Below are positions 36,112 through 53,051 of a stretch of DNA of 64,000 bases, piece by piece. Every line of letters starts with the position of its first letter. The first letter of the stretch is position 1. The position numbers and the translations under genes were made by a program. Origin of the DNA: Cyanophora paradoxa CCMP329 (Eukaryota; Plantae; Glaucophyta). The stretch is taken from contig QPMI01000526.1 of assembly GCA_004431415.1 (NCBI GenBank), positions 124,001 through 188,000 of the forward strand, given 5' to 3'. The notes beneath the pieces are model-generated. The model did not search any database, was not told the DNA's origin, and worked only from the letters and a program-made list of their open reading frames with translations.

Positions 36112-38830
36112 TTATATTATATAAACTAATATCATGGTAACTTCGAAAACACGCACGATGTCAACGGCGCCGGCGCCGCTGAAGCGAGGGCCGCAGCGAC
36201 ATTCAAAGGCTCCTGCAGGCCCGGAGCCGGGTCGTGGCCTCCCGATTGGAAACCTGTACCCAGAGGGCTCACGGCGCGATTCGGATCCAGTTGCCCCGCC
36301 CCCGCCTCCGGATCCGGATCCGGACACGAGCTTGACATGTCGACGTCGAGCGGGGCTGCAGCCGGCGCTGACTTGAGCGGCTCGCCCGAGCCCGAGCTGC
36401 TCTGTTCATGCTGCGGGGAGGCCGCGCGGGCCAGCGGGGTGCCGAGCGGGGATCCGGAGCCCGGATCCGGAGCAGGCCCGCCGATGTCGACGTCAGAATC
36501 GGCCTCGGGATCGGGGCGCGCAGCTGCGAGCGGGCTCGTTCGTTCTAGATCTGTTAGCGCTGTCGCTGGCCTGTCGCCGGCCGCGGGGGATCCAGGGACT
36601 GCCGAGGGTCCAGATGGCGATATCGACGGCAGCTTCTTCGGTTGGCTGTCGCTTTCGCTGCGGCGCGGACTGCGGCTGCAGCCAACATCGCGATCGGGGC
36701 CAGGGGTCGGCCGGGGGCTGGGGCTGTGGATACGACTCCGGCTGGGGCTGGGGCTGGGGCTGGGGCTGGGGCTGTGGATTCGACTGCGGCTTTGGCTGTG
36801 GCTTCGGCTGCGGCTTCGGCTTCGGCTGCGGCTATGAGTACGTCGCCGGCTCTCCCCTTGGCTCCCTTCGCTGCTTCGGGATCGGCCGCGACTGCGACTG
36901 CTGCTGCGGCTGCCGCTTGAGCTTGAGCTTCGACTGCGCGCGCGATCGCGAGATCGATTGCGCCGCGACCGCTTACGGCTGCGGCTGCGGCTGCGGCTGC
37001 GGCTGCGGCTGCGGCGGCGGCGCCGACTGCCGCTGCGGCTGCGGCTGCGGCTGCGGCTGCGGCTGCGGCTCCGGCCCCGCTTGACCGACTCTCGGGACAG
37101 GTACCTGCGAATTCGAAGAAGACAGAAGAGTGTCAGAAAGCTAAGAACCAGGACAGGCGCCTAGGTCTAGGCCTAGGCCCAGGCCTCCGGCAAGATCTAG
37201 ATCTAGGGCCGCCAACTCCCCCTAGAAGACATAAGAAGATCAAGATCAAGAAGACATAAGAGTATATATCAGAAAGTTAAGAGGGCCTCCGGCAAGATCC
37301 GCCTAGCTCTAGGCCTAGGCCTAGGCCTAGACCCAGGCCTCCGGCAAGATCCGCCTAGCCCTAGGCCTAGGCCCACGCCTCCGGCAAGATCCGCCTAGCC
37401 CTAGGCCTAGGCCCAGGCCTCCGGCAAGATCCGCCTAGCCCTAGGCCTAGGCCTAGGCCTCCGGCAAGATCCGCCTAGCCCTAGGCCTAGGCCTAGGCCT
37501 CCGGCAAGATCTAAATCTAGATCCAGGGCCACGCACTCCCTCTCAACCTCCTCCAGGCCCGCCGAGTCCTCCTCGGTGAAGGTCCCCCGCTGCGCAGGCG
37601 GCCGCGGGCGGAACAGGCCGCGTCGGTGTCAATAATACATGCATACCGCAGCGGCCCGTCGTGCCGGACGAGGGGGGGAGGAAGAGGGGGAGGGAGGGGG
37701 AGGGGGTGAAGAGGGGATCGAGGGGAAGGGGAAGGGGGGGTACGAATCAAAGCACCTCCTTGGAGAACTCCGCGACGCCCGTGCAGCTCCCCCAGGACGA
37801 CTCGACCTCGATCTGGCCGCGGGATCCCTGCGGCGCGCGCGGCGGCCGGCCGGTGGTTTAAGTGGGGTTTCAAAACTTTAATTTGAGCAGAATCGGCCGC
37901 CGGCCGCCGGCAGCGGGCCCGGCGCGGGCGCACCCTGACGAGCCGAGCGGCGTCCTGCCTTCGGCGGAACCGGACGAAGGCGGCCGAGAACTCGCCGGGG
38001 CGGCTCTGCATCCGTATCAGCCGCACCGCCTCCAGGGGGCCGTACCTGGGCGGCCGGGCGGACTGCAATCAGATATTAAAGGTTGAGCGCGATCGCGAAA
38101 TGGACAGTGGGGGAAGGGGGGAGGGGCGGGGGCGGGGGGGGTAGGGGCAGGGCGGGGAGGAGGGGGGGAGGGGGCGGAGGCCACAGAGCAGACCGCCTGC
38201 AGACGTTCGGGGGGAAATGGAAAGAGGGGAGGAGAGGCGGCGGGGTGGGGGGTGGGGGGGGGGGGGGCGGGGGGGGGGGGGGCGGGGCTTTGCGAAGTTC
38301 TGGATCGAAGTTCTTACCTCGGAGGGAAATGGAAAGAGGGAGGAAAGGCGGCGGGGTGGGGAATGTGGGGGAGGGGGAGGGAGTGGGGTAGGGGAGGGAG
38401 CGGGGTAGGGAGAGGGGGAACGGGGTAGGGTAGGGGGTGGGGGGCGGAATTGGGGGGGGGGGGGGGGGCGGACTGCAGGCGATCGCGAGAAAAATGGACA
38501 GAGGGGGAAGGGGAGGGGGGGAGACGGGGAGAGGGGGAGGGGGAGGGGGGGTAGCGGACCGCCTGCAGGCGAGGGCGAGATCGCGGCGGGACGGCGCCGG
38601 CTTTCGGCGCCCATTGACTGTGAACCTCCCCACCCAGACCGTTCCTTTGCCGAAGCGTGGATTAGCATTCGAGGGCCTTCGGGAGACGTCCGCTGCAGCT
38701 GCAGCTGCAGCTGCAGTTGGCCTCGAGCTCGGCGCTGGCTGAGCCTCGCGCGCGCCGCGGTCGATGCCACCCGACGTAGTCGGAGTGCACGCGCCTACAG
38801 CCGGCGGAGCAGCAGGTCCTGTGCTCTGCG
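36112..38830 (-). CDS. RRM plus RS-rich (SR-like) protein; start and end uncertain
   Basis: TVWVGRF..RRDLALAC|YGPLEAVRLI..AAFVRFRRRQDAARLV is RRM-like. (GCGGCT)n at ~36975-37070 encodes RSRSRS on the minus strand. Confidence 0.55.
37158..37520. repeat. Intronic tandem repeat of 34-40 bp (GGCCTCCGGCAAGATCCGCCTAGCCCTAGGCCTA)
   Basis: About seven copies rich in AGGCCT and CCTAGG palindromes. Confidence 0.85.
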
Positions 38831-39950
38831 CGCAGGTGCATGCACATGTGACGTGGCGTCTCTACGTCAACGATCGCAAGCGCGCGCGCGCAAGCGAGGC
38901 GTGGCGAACCTTGCCTAGCGACTGATCATGATCATGAGCATCAGTGGAACCGCCTTCCGTGCCGGCCAGCTCCAGTCTGACAAGGAGCTCGATTTCTCGG
39001 CCCTGGCAATAGATCAGTGCGGCCCCGGAAGGCGAATACTGGTACTAGTCGGCCGCGACCGGGCGCCGAGTAGTCTCTCACGTACGTTCAGCTTTATGCG
39101 TTGAATCTGACGCCTGCACACGCGGGCGGGGAGCATGCTTAGAGGCTACGTCGCGCCGCAAGCACGCCGTGACGGGCCGCGGTTGCGGCCGAGCTCACCT
39201 GGCTCCCGCTGCGGCATCGGCATCGGTAAACCACAGCTTGATGCGCCTGGATTCACTGCGCATGCGCGCGCGCATGCGTGAGACCGCGTAAGTGGCGCGC
39301 GTGATGCGCGTCGTTGCGCGATGGCATACCTGTCAAGCTCTTCGTTCGCTGGATTGAATCGACTCTTCAGTTCGTCTCTCAGACTCGTTACGTCGAGCTG
39401 TGGTGAGGGAAAGGAGTGAGCGACGGTCCAGCTGCGGATCCGGAGGGAAGCGAGTGCTCGCGCGCGGAGCGCTGGCCGCGCTGCGCCGTGAACAGCACGT
39501 GCGCACCTTGGCCGATGGAGACCATTCGACCGCGACCACCGAGCTCGAGCTCAAACGCTGATCATGCATGAGACATTCGCGCCGCGGGCCTCTAGATGCG
39601 AGTACCCCTCGATACTAAGAGTATGATGCGATCAATCCGGACTGTACCGGACATACTTCGAGCTTCGGGACTCGCAAGGCTGCATGCGCAATGAAAGATC
39701 GGGCCGGGGCGCCGCCGGCGCCATCCTATGCGCCGCCGCCGTGTACCCCATGTACCCGTGCTCCCCCTGCCCTCTCTACCCCTCCAGCTGCCACAGCCCC
39801 ATATCCGGTACCCCACCCGAGCCCCGCAACCCCGCCTGAGTACCCTCTCGATGTCGATCCAGGCGCGAGGTGCTCGCAATTCGGATACCCCCAACACGTC
39901 CGGACGGCGGCGCGGCCGGAGCCGCGGGCCGCGGGCCCGGCGCCGGGCCG

Positions 39951-45389
<5,439 letters not shown>

Positions 45390-45512
45390 GTTTCGGCAGC
45401 CTGTACCCGGACGCTAGCTAGTCCCCCCTCACCAGAAAAAGAACACGGACCAAGCCAGCGACCCAGCCAGCGACCCAACGAGCCCAGTGAGCGGTGCAGC
45501 AACTCGGGCAGG

Positions 45513-46567
45513 ATGTCTCGGCCGACATACGACGTCATTAGGAGCGAGGCTGTGAGGCATGCGGTCCGCAACGAGATGCGTTCTCTGGAGCGCGCCTTCG
45601 AGTTCTCGGACTCTGAGGTAGCTAGCCGCACACCGGCGGCCATCCCCGTGGGTTGCCGATGCGGGCCGCCTCGCCCCACGCAGGAGGAAGATGAGGCACC
45701 GGTTGCCAAGCCTCAGGCCCCGACGATTCCGCCCAAGGACGGGATCCGCGGCGATAAGTCGACCTACAGGAGGGACTTTACAGGCGTCGGCTCGTTGAGT
45801 AAGCACCCCCTCTCGCTGCTTGCCGACTCTCTTCACCTCGGCGCGAAGCTGACCGCGGCCGTGCCCCGAAGGCAAAGTGGACAAGACGCACTTCATGCCG
45901 CGCAACGAAATCACTGCGTTCCGCGGTGCGCGAGGCGGCCCGCCACCTCTGCCGCCGCGTGCCTCTGATCTGGACCCGCTTCACTCTATCGCAGAGGCCG
46001 TATCGAAGGCCGTCAAGTTTAGGTGATGGCCGCTCCGGCGCAGGGAGATGCATATAGGCGCCGCTGCTCGGTCAGCTCCACCCTGGACTCGGCCGCCCGT
46101 CCGCGCCCGCACCCTTCTTGAGATTTGTTTCCAGGATTAGCTTGTATCACAGCGCAGGTGTAGTTTTTAAGTGACTGAGTAGAATACAGCAGTTCAGGTT
46201 GGACCGGATGGCGTTTGCCGGCCTCCCCCGGCCGGGCTAGCGCTCAGGCCCCGGACCCGAGTAAATTTGGCCCGAACAGGGTGCAAGCGTCACCCCGAGG
46301 CCCTCGCCGCTTCCCACCCCTTTCCTCCGATCCCCATGGGTTGCGAGTTCTCCAATGCGCATCTTATCTAGAACCAACATGCTGGCGAAAAGACTGGAGA
46401 CTGCAAAGACTGGGCCGGCAGGCCGCGGCACTCGTCGCGAGGCCGGGGGGCACCTTCGAATTCGCCGCCACTGAGCGCCCCTCCTTGCAAGTGTCGCCCC
46501 GAGCCGGCGAAGGCCGGCCCTGCCGCGCCGGGCTTCGGCCGGCAACCGCCCCAGCACCGCAGGCCTA
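45513..46567 (+). CDS. Hypothetical protein divergent from DDX41
   Basis: MSRPTYDVIRSEAVRHAVRNEMRSLERAFEFSDSE|EEDEAPV..KSTYRRDFT. Downstream exons are uncertain. Confidence 0.35.
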
Positions 46568-47516
46568 GAGCCGCTTCCGAGCCGAGAGGGGCGGTGGCGG
46601 AGGACGCGGCGGCGGCCGCCGCTGTCGGGGCGGCCAGGTCACCATCGGCCGCCTTCTCCGCGCCGCCGCCTCGAGCTCGGCGGCGGCGCCCTGGCCCGCA
46701 GGTGCCCCGCCTCCGCCTGCGCTGCCTGCGTAGCTTAGTAGCCCCGGGAGGCGCGGGCCGGGGCGGGGCGGGGCGCGGGCGCGACGTGGCAAAGCGCGAC
46801 CCTGCCTTATCCGATCGCCCCCGGGCGTCCTCCCCGCCTGCGAAGAGCGCCGGCAGGCGCGGGGCGGGGCGCGGGCGCGAGGTGCCGGGGCGCGGCCCCC
46901 TCGGCTTCGTCATTGCGGTCCTGCCTCATCCGATGGGCATCCTCCCCGCCTGCGTTGAGCGCGGCATCAGCGCCGGCCGGGCCCTCGCAGGAGGTCGGCG
47001 GAGCACCCCGCGCCCCGCGCCCCGCACAAACGCTGCAGCAGCGCCATCCGCGCCCGCTCCGCCTCCAGCGCCGCGCGTGCGCCGCGGAGCATCGGACGAA
47101 GCACAGCACCTGCCGCTGGGAGGCTGCCGCGCTGCGATAGCGCGAGGGACTCAGGTCCTCGCCGCCGGGCGGGCGCGTGTACACGTAGCCGGCGCCGCGG
47201 GTCGGAGCCGCGAGCGCGGCGGAACGAGGCCGGGCGTTCGCAGCGCGGGCCCGAAGCTAAGGCCCCGAGAGCACCGGGCCGACTGCTGTTCGCGGGCATT
47301 GCTGACGATGCTCCTCGTGACGCACGACCCGTGACGCTCACTCGCAACCGCAGCCCAAGAGAACTCGCACCTACGATCACTCGCACTCTGCAACGATCGG
47401 GACTTCGTACGTGCTGCTGTGCAAGCATGGCCCGCCCGCACGCAAGCCTTGATCGGCGCCCTCAGCAGCAGCAAACTCCACAGCACCCTCGATCCTCCAC
47501 CCCCACCCCCCCTGAT

Positions 47517-47677
47517 GTTGCCAACTGGCCTGCAGGAAAACCTGCAGGGCCAGTGCAGGCCTGCAGGAAAACCTGCAGGCCAGTTGGCAACGGCGAGAAA
47601 ATGCCCCCAGCACATCCATGCAAAGCGCCCTACCCCCCATGTCGTTGCCAACTGGCCTGCAGGAAAAGCTGCAGGCC
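47517..47677. repeat. Nested inverted repeat: 20-bp arms GTTGCCAACTGGCCTGCAGG enclosing CCTGCAGG-AAAA-CCTGCAGG units
   Basis: Arms at 47517-47536 and 47572-47591; a third half-copy starts at 47644. Confidence 0.8.
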
Positions 47678-47790
47678 TGTACGGGCCCTACGGGGGAGGC
47701 GGGGAGAAGCGATCAAAAGTTCGCTGAGCGCCTCGTTGCGCCAGCGTACTTCTGGCGAGGCACTCGCGCTCTAGATGTCACAGCCAACTC

Positions 47791-48277
47791 GGAGCTCGTT
47801 CAAGCCGCGCCCCGCGGCTCCTCTGCTCTCGCGTCGGGCCCGAGTGCGATTGGCGCAAATCGCACTCGGGGCCTGCGGGCGTGCCTGCCCGTCGGCCGGG
47901 TCCGTCGCTGGTTGCTGCAGCACCACGCCAATCAAGACGAGCAGAAGAGCAGGTGTGACCGCTCCGCGCTGAGGCGCTGTGCCCACGCCCGCTTCGTGTA
48001 CCGGTCACGGGCTGCTGGCTGACAGTGTGCGGGCGGGCAGTGGCTCCGGTCGTCAACACGCGCTTTGAACGTCGCGGATAGCCCAGAGCGCGTTCGAGCC
48101 GCGCCCCGCGGCTCTTCCACTCTCGCGTCGGGCCCGAGTGCGATTGCAATTGGCGCGAATCGCACTCGGGGCTTGCGGGCGTGTCTGCGCGTCCGCCCGG
48201 CCCGCTGCTGGTCGCTGCAGCACGTGAGCACACCAGATTAGCATAAGATCATGTGTAACCGATCCGCGCTGATCGCT
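47791..48277. repeat. Two diverged ~190-bp direct repeats, each with a 13-bp hairpin
   Basis: CCCGAGTGCGATT..AATCGCACTCGGG at 47839-47870 and 48133-48170. Confidence 0.8.
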
Positions 48278-48619
48278 AAGCCCGGCCCTCGCAGCACGCC
48301 GACGGCACCGCGCGCAGCTGCAGTCCGCCCGTGAGCGCGCCCCGCTGCCCAGCGCGGGTCCGATTTGACATGCACGCCAGGACGCGGCAAAGCAGGAGAG
48401 AGGTCGCAAGCCGCGCTGAGGGTCAGGCACCGCGATTCTTTGAGAGCAGCGCCGCGGCGCCGGCTTCGCGGCTTTACGGCTTCGGTGGCGGCCTCGCCCT
48501 TCCATGAGTGTCTGTGGAGCCTCCTTGCGCCTCGTACTCTCTACCGCCCCTCCTTCGCGCCTCCGCCTCCGATCCCGCCCCCGCCCCCTCGAACGCCAGC
48601 GCTCTCGCGTGAGCCGGGG

Positions 48620-49066
48620 CTCCGGCAGGCGGCGGAGGCGCGGCGGGCGGCGGCGCGGCTCGCCCAACGGGGAGGAGGTTCGGCTGTGCCGGGGCGGCGG
48701 CGGCGCTCGGCGGGCGGGGCGGATGCTCGGCGGGCGGCGGCGCGGCTCGCCGGCGGGGCGGAGGCTCGGCGGGCGGCGGCGGCGGTCGGCGGTGGGGCCC
48801 GGGGCGGAGGCTCGGCTGCCGGGCAGGCGGCGGCGGCGCTTGGCGGGCGGGGCGGAGGCTCGGCAGGCGGTGGCGGCGCTCGGCGGGCGGGGCTGAAGCT
48901 CGGCAGGCGGCGGCGCGGCTCGCCGGGCGGGGCGGAGGCGCGGCGGGCGGCGGCGCGGCTCGCCGGGCGGGGTGGCCTCGGGAGGCCCAGAGGGCGGCGG
49001 CGCGGCTCGCCAGGCTGTGCTTAGGCGCGGCGGGCGGGGGCGCAGCGCGCAGGGCTTTAAAGTTTT
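48620..49066. repeat. GC-rich repeat element, copy 1 (GGCGGCGCGGCTCGCCGGGCGGGGCGGAGG units)
   Basis: Ends in GCTCGCCAGGCTGTGCTTAGGCGCGGC..GCAGGGCTTTA, shared with copy 2. Confidence 0.8.
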
Positions 49067-49213
49067 CCTTTCCTCCAACAGGGCCACTATTACTGCAACT
49101 GCAGGGTCCCTATTCCGTTCATTGTTTACAGTAGTTAAGAACAGTAGCAAAGCGAAATGAACTATGTACAACGTTAATTATATAACTGTTTTAAGGTCTC
49201 TCGATTGCGCGCT

Positions 49214-51132
49214 CTATGCAACGGTCATGGATGCGCCGCTGTTGACGGTCACCGAGCCGCCGTGCACGCGCATCTTGGCCGCCGGCTTGAGGCCCAGGCC
49301 CGAGAGCTTGTATATCCTGCGCCCGCCGCGTGAGGCGAGGGCGGGCGGGCGGGCGGGAGGGGCGCGGGGGCCGCCACCTGCTCTCCGTCGTGACGTAGAG
49401 ATCGCCCCGGACGCTGTCGTACGCGAAATCGAGCGGGTGCATGATGCAGGCCGAGGTGCCGACTGCATCGCGTCAGCTTCGGGGGCGCAGGGCCGCCCGG
49501 CCGCAGAGAGCGGGAGCGGGGGCGGGCACCGCCGTCGGTGTCCACGTTGCCAGTGTTGGCACAGCTCGTGACCGTGACGACCTCGTTGGTACGCAGGTTG
49601 ACCGCGCGCACTCGGTGGTTCCAGTACTCGGTGAAGAAGAACCACTCGCCCCCGGGTACGCGCACGACCTCGCCGGACTGGGGGTACAGGGTCAGGCGGG
49701 GGGGGGCGGGCAGGGGTACGCGGACGCACGCGGGGATCTTCTGTCTGGGCGGAGGCGCACGGGCCGTCGTAGTACCCCGTCGCCCCGCCCCTAGGAGGCA
49801 GACAAGGAGTGAGAAGGCGCAGCTCTGGGTACACATGCCCAGAAAGGGGCGCGCACCCGCAAAAGACGCCCGAGAGCTGCGGGGTCGGGACGGACAGGTC
49901 GAGGTAGTAAATCTTCTTCGTTGGGTAGTCCTGCGCGCCGCTGATTAGTCCGGCGGGGACGCTTCGAATCGGGGCGGGCGGCCGCGGACCGTCAGCCAGA
50001 GGCGGTCGAGCGTGCGGTCGTAAAAGAGCCCGCTGTAGTATGCGAACGTGCCAACAAGGGAAGCGAGGGGCTGCCCCGGCGCTGAGTCGGCGGCGAGGGA
50101 TCCGGGGAAATGAAGGCGGGCGGCCGGACCTGGTACGCCCCTGTCGAAGCTGAGACACGGTAAAGCCCGTCGTTCGTCGCCACCCACCTAGCGGCAATAT
50201 TAAATTGCAAGTGGGCGGGTATAACGCCAGAAGGGGGAAGGGAGGGGGTAGGGGCGAGAGGGGTACGCACAGCTCGTTCCTCGAGGTGTCCACCGTGATT
50301 CCATTAATCTGAGTGGCGCCGGTCATTCCAGACACGAGGGTCTGCGACGCGACGTCAACGTCAAGGGAAGCCTTCAGCTTGAAGATGTGCGCGGGATTGG
50401 ATCGGAGGAAGGGCGGACCGTGGGGGCGCCCCCGCGCGGGATCTTCAGGATCGTTGCAGAGCTCTCCAGCGTCACGTAGGCGGTGCACTCGTCGTCCAGG
50501 GCTATGCCGTCCGCCTGATTCGCGCCATACGCGGTGAGGAGGTCGAGAACGACGCTCATCTTGTGTTGCGGGTACGTCGTGAGCTTCTTGAGGGCGCTGA
50601 ACTGGTGCTGCGGGCCAGATCGGGGGTGGGGGCCGGGGAGAGGGGTTGGCTAGGCAGCGGCCGCGGGCTGCGGCGCGGCGCGCGGGCGGCGCGTACCGAG
50701 ATGTAGTACAGACTACGATCGATCCAGCAGAAAGCGACGGACTGCGGGGCGGGTATGAGCATGGTTCAGAGTTTGAGCGATCGATATATCGCGAGCGGCC
50801 GCGGTGATCGAAGAGCGCGTACGTAGACGTTCGGGATGCGCGTGGCCGTCCCTGCGCGCGCGCGCATGCGCCGAATGCGTCAACGCGATCTGTGCTTTCC
50901 CCGCAGCGCTAGCGGCCCGCCGCGAGCTGCGGCGAGTATCATACTCACCAAGGCCCGGTTGATCGAAGGGCAACGCTGAGTCTGAGGAGCCCAGCACGGT
51001 CGTCACTGTGGGCGCTGGAATGTACTGAATCACCTGGGCGAAAACGGCGCGCAGCTGCGAGCCCGCCAGGAGCACGACGAGCAACTGCAAGGTTGCACGC
51101 GTACGCGTACGTCCGCTGCCGCGGGGAAACAT
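49214..51132 (-). CDS. Secreted NHL-like beta-propeller protein
   Basis: Signal-peptide-like LQLLVVLLAGSQLRAVFAQ. Blades: PQSVAFCWIDRSLYY, ADGIALDDECTAYVT, NGITVDTSRNEL|WVAT, YSGLFYDRTLDRLWLT, FFTEYWNHRVRAVNL and HPLDFAYDSVRGDLYVT. Confidence 0.78.
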
Positions 51133-51969
51133 CGCTCCGGCTCGCCGCGACCGGCGCTCACAGCCGCTCGCCGCCTGCGAAGGCTGGCGTCTTCTGCTGG
51201 TTTCGAGCTCACGATGAAGCCAGAGTGACTCCGGTGCTTCCGCCGGAGCTTCGCTGCGTAACCCCAACTGCAAACTTGCAATTGCTTCGGTGACGCACAC
51301 CGTGAAAGCTGGCGCGGCTGGGTGCGCTCAGGGTCGGCTGAACAGCGTAGGCGCGGTGTGCGGGTCTTGGAGGAGCTGAGCTGGTCACGGTGCGAGCTGT
51401 AGCGATCGAGCTGCAGGCCTTTTTTGAGGTACCCGAAAGGCACCATCTTTTTGATGTACCCATGACCACAGCCCGAGTCTGCTGCCCGACTCTGCCCGAG
51501 CCGGCCGCGGAGCGGGCCGGTGCGCGCGCGCGCGCGGCCCAGAACATGCCATATGCATGGCCTGACCAGCCGCGGCCGGAGAGCCGGCCGCGGCGAACCG
51601 GTACCCGCAAACGTTAACGCATATCTAGAATGCATGCGCTAGCTTTCAAAGTTAACCATGCGCGCCACACTGCGGCCGACAGCGGCAAGCGCGGCCACAA
51701 CGGCAGCACGGACCACAGCGGCCGACACACTGCGGCCTTCGTCCGCGGCACACGCAGCACGTGCACGGACCAAGCCCACGGCCAATTTGCAATGAGGCAG
51801 CCGCGCGCTGCCCCTACGGCAGCCGCTAGACCGGCAGCGAGGCACTCGCGGAGGCCGGCATGCGATCTAGATCGAGCGAGAGCGAGGGTCGGCCTCGGGC
51901 GCTACAAAGCCGGCAACAAGCTCATCGGCGCGCGCGACTGCCGGGCCGCGCGGAACGGACGCGTGGCGG

Positions 51970-52670
51970 CCGCGGGCGGCGCGGCTCGCCGGGCGGGGCG
52001 GAGGCGCGGCGGGCGGCGGCGCGGCGGGCAGCGGCGCGGCGGTCGAGGAGTTCCGAATCAGGCAAGGCGTCGCCCCGGGCATGGTGCGGAACGCCACGTA
52101 GCGCGCGTGGTTTGACACCAGTCTGTACTTACGCTGCTGCATTTGCGGCATGATCGCAGCCAGGGAGTTCCCGCGGGCGAGGCCGCTGGAGACGGGCGCG
52201 TTCAGGAACTCGGTCGGGAGCAGAGGCGAGCCGGAGGCGCGGCGGGCGGCGGCGCGGCTCGCCTGGCGGGGCGGAGGCTCGGCGGGCGGCGGCGCCGCTC
52301 GACGGGCGGGGCCGCCGGGCGGGGCGGAGGCGCGGCGGGCGGCGGCGCGGCTTGCCTGGCGGGGCGGAGGCTTGGCGGGCGGCGGCACGGCTCGCCTAAC
52401 GGGCGGAGGCTTGGCGGGCAGCGGCGCGGCTCGACGGGCGGGGCGGGGCGGAGGCTTGGCGGGCGGCGGCGCGGCTCGACGGGCGCGGCGGAGGCGCGGC
52501 GGGCTGCGGTGCGGCTCGCCGGGCGAGCCAGAGGCGCGGCGGGCGGCGGCGCGGCTCGCCACTGGGGCCTGGCGGGGCGGCTTGCGAAGGCGTGGCGGGC
52601 GGCGGCGCGGCTCGCCAGGCTGTGCTTAGGCGCGGCAGGCGGGGATGCAGCGTGCAGGGCTTTACATTTT
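51970..52670. repeat. GC-rich repeat element, copy 2
   Basis: Same unit and same terminal ~70 bp as 48620-49066, in the same orientation. Confidence 0.8.
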
Positions 52671-53051
52671 TAATCTATTCTGTGCGGCCTTTAATTTCCA
52701 TTTCGCGCTGCTTCGACTTCTGCGAGCGTTGGCTGCAGATCTAGATGCTGTCTCTATTATTTAGACCCCACCTTGCACATCCTGAGACGAGCGGGGGGCG
52801 AGCACGAGTCGAAGACCTAGTACTATGATAGTCGAGACTTGCCCCTCGCGATCGGGCCTTACAATAAGTTCAAACGGCTGCCATTGCCAATATTTATTAG
52901 CGAGCAGCTGAGCGCTCCCTCCGTATACGGCCCGATAGCTGGCCGGGCGTTAACGTTGGCCTGCGGATCCGAGGCTTGGCGTTAACGTTAACGGGGCTCG
53001 AGCTCGCTGAGCCGCCGGGTCCGCCCCGAGCAGAATGCCCCGATGCACTAT

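Noticed and set aside
36614-37084. Cys/Gly-rich metallothionein-like ORF on the plus strand
   Set aside because: It is the antisense reading of the (GCGGCT)n RS-coding tract.
46565-47430. Minus-strand gene
   Set aside because: Intron-like signals are present, but no consistent frame or homology could be assembled.
48053-49171. 372-aa ORF
   Set aside because: It is a translation of the GC-rich repeat with no protein-like features.
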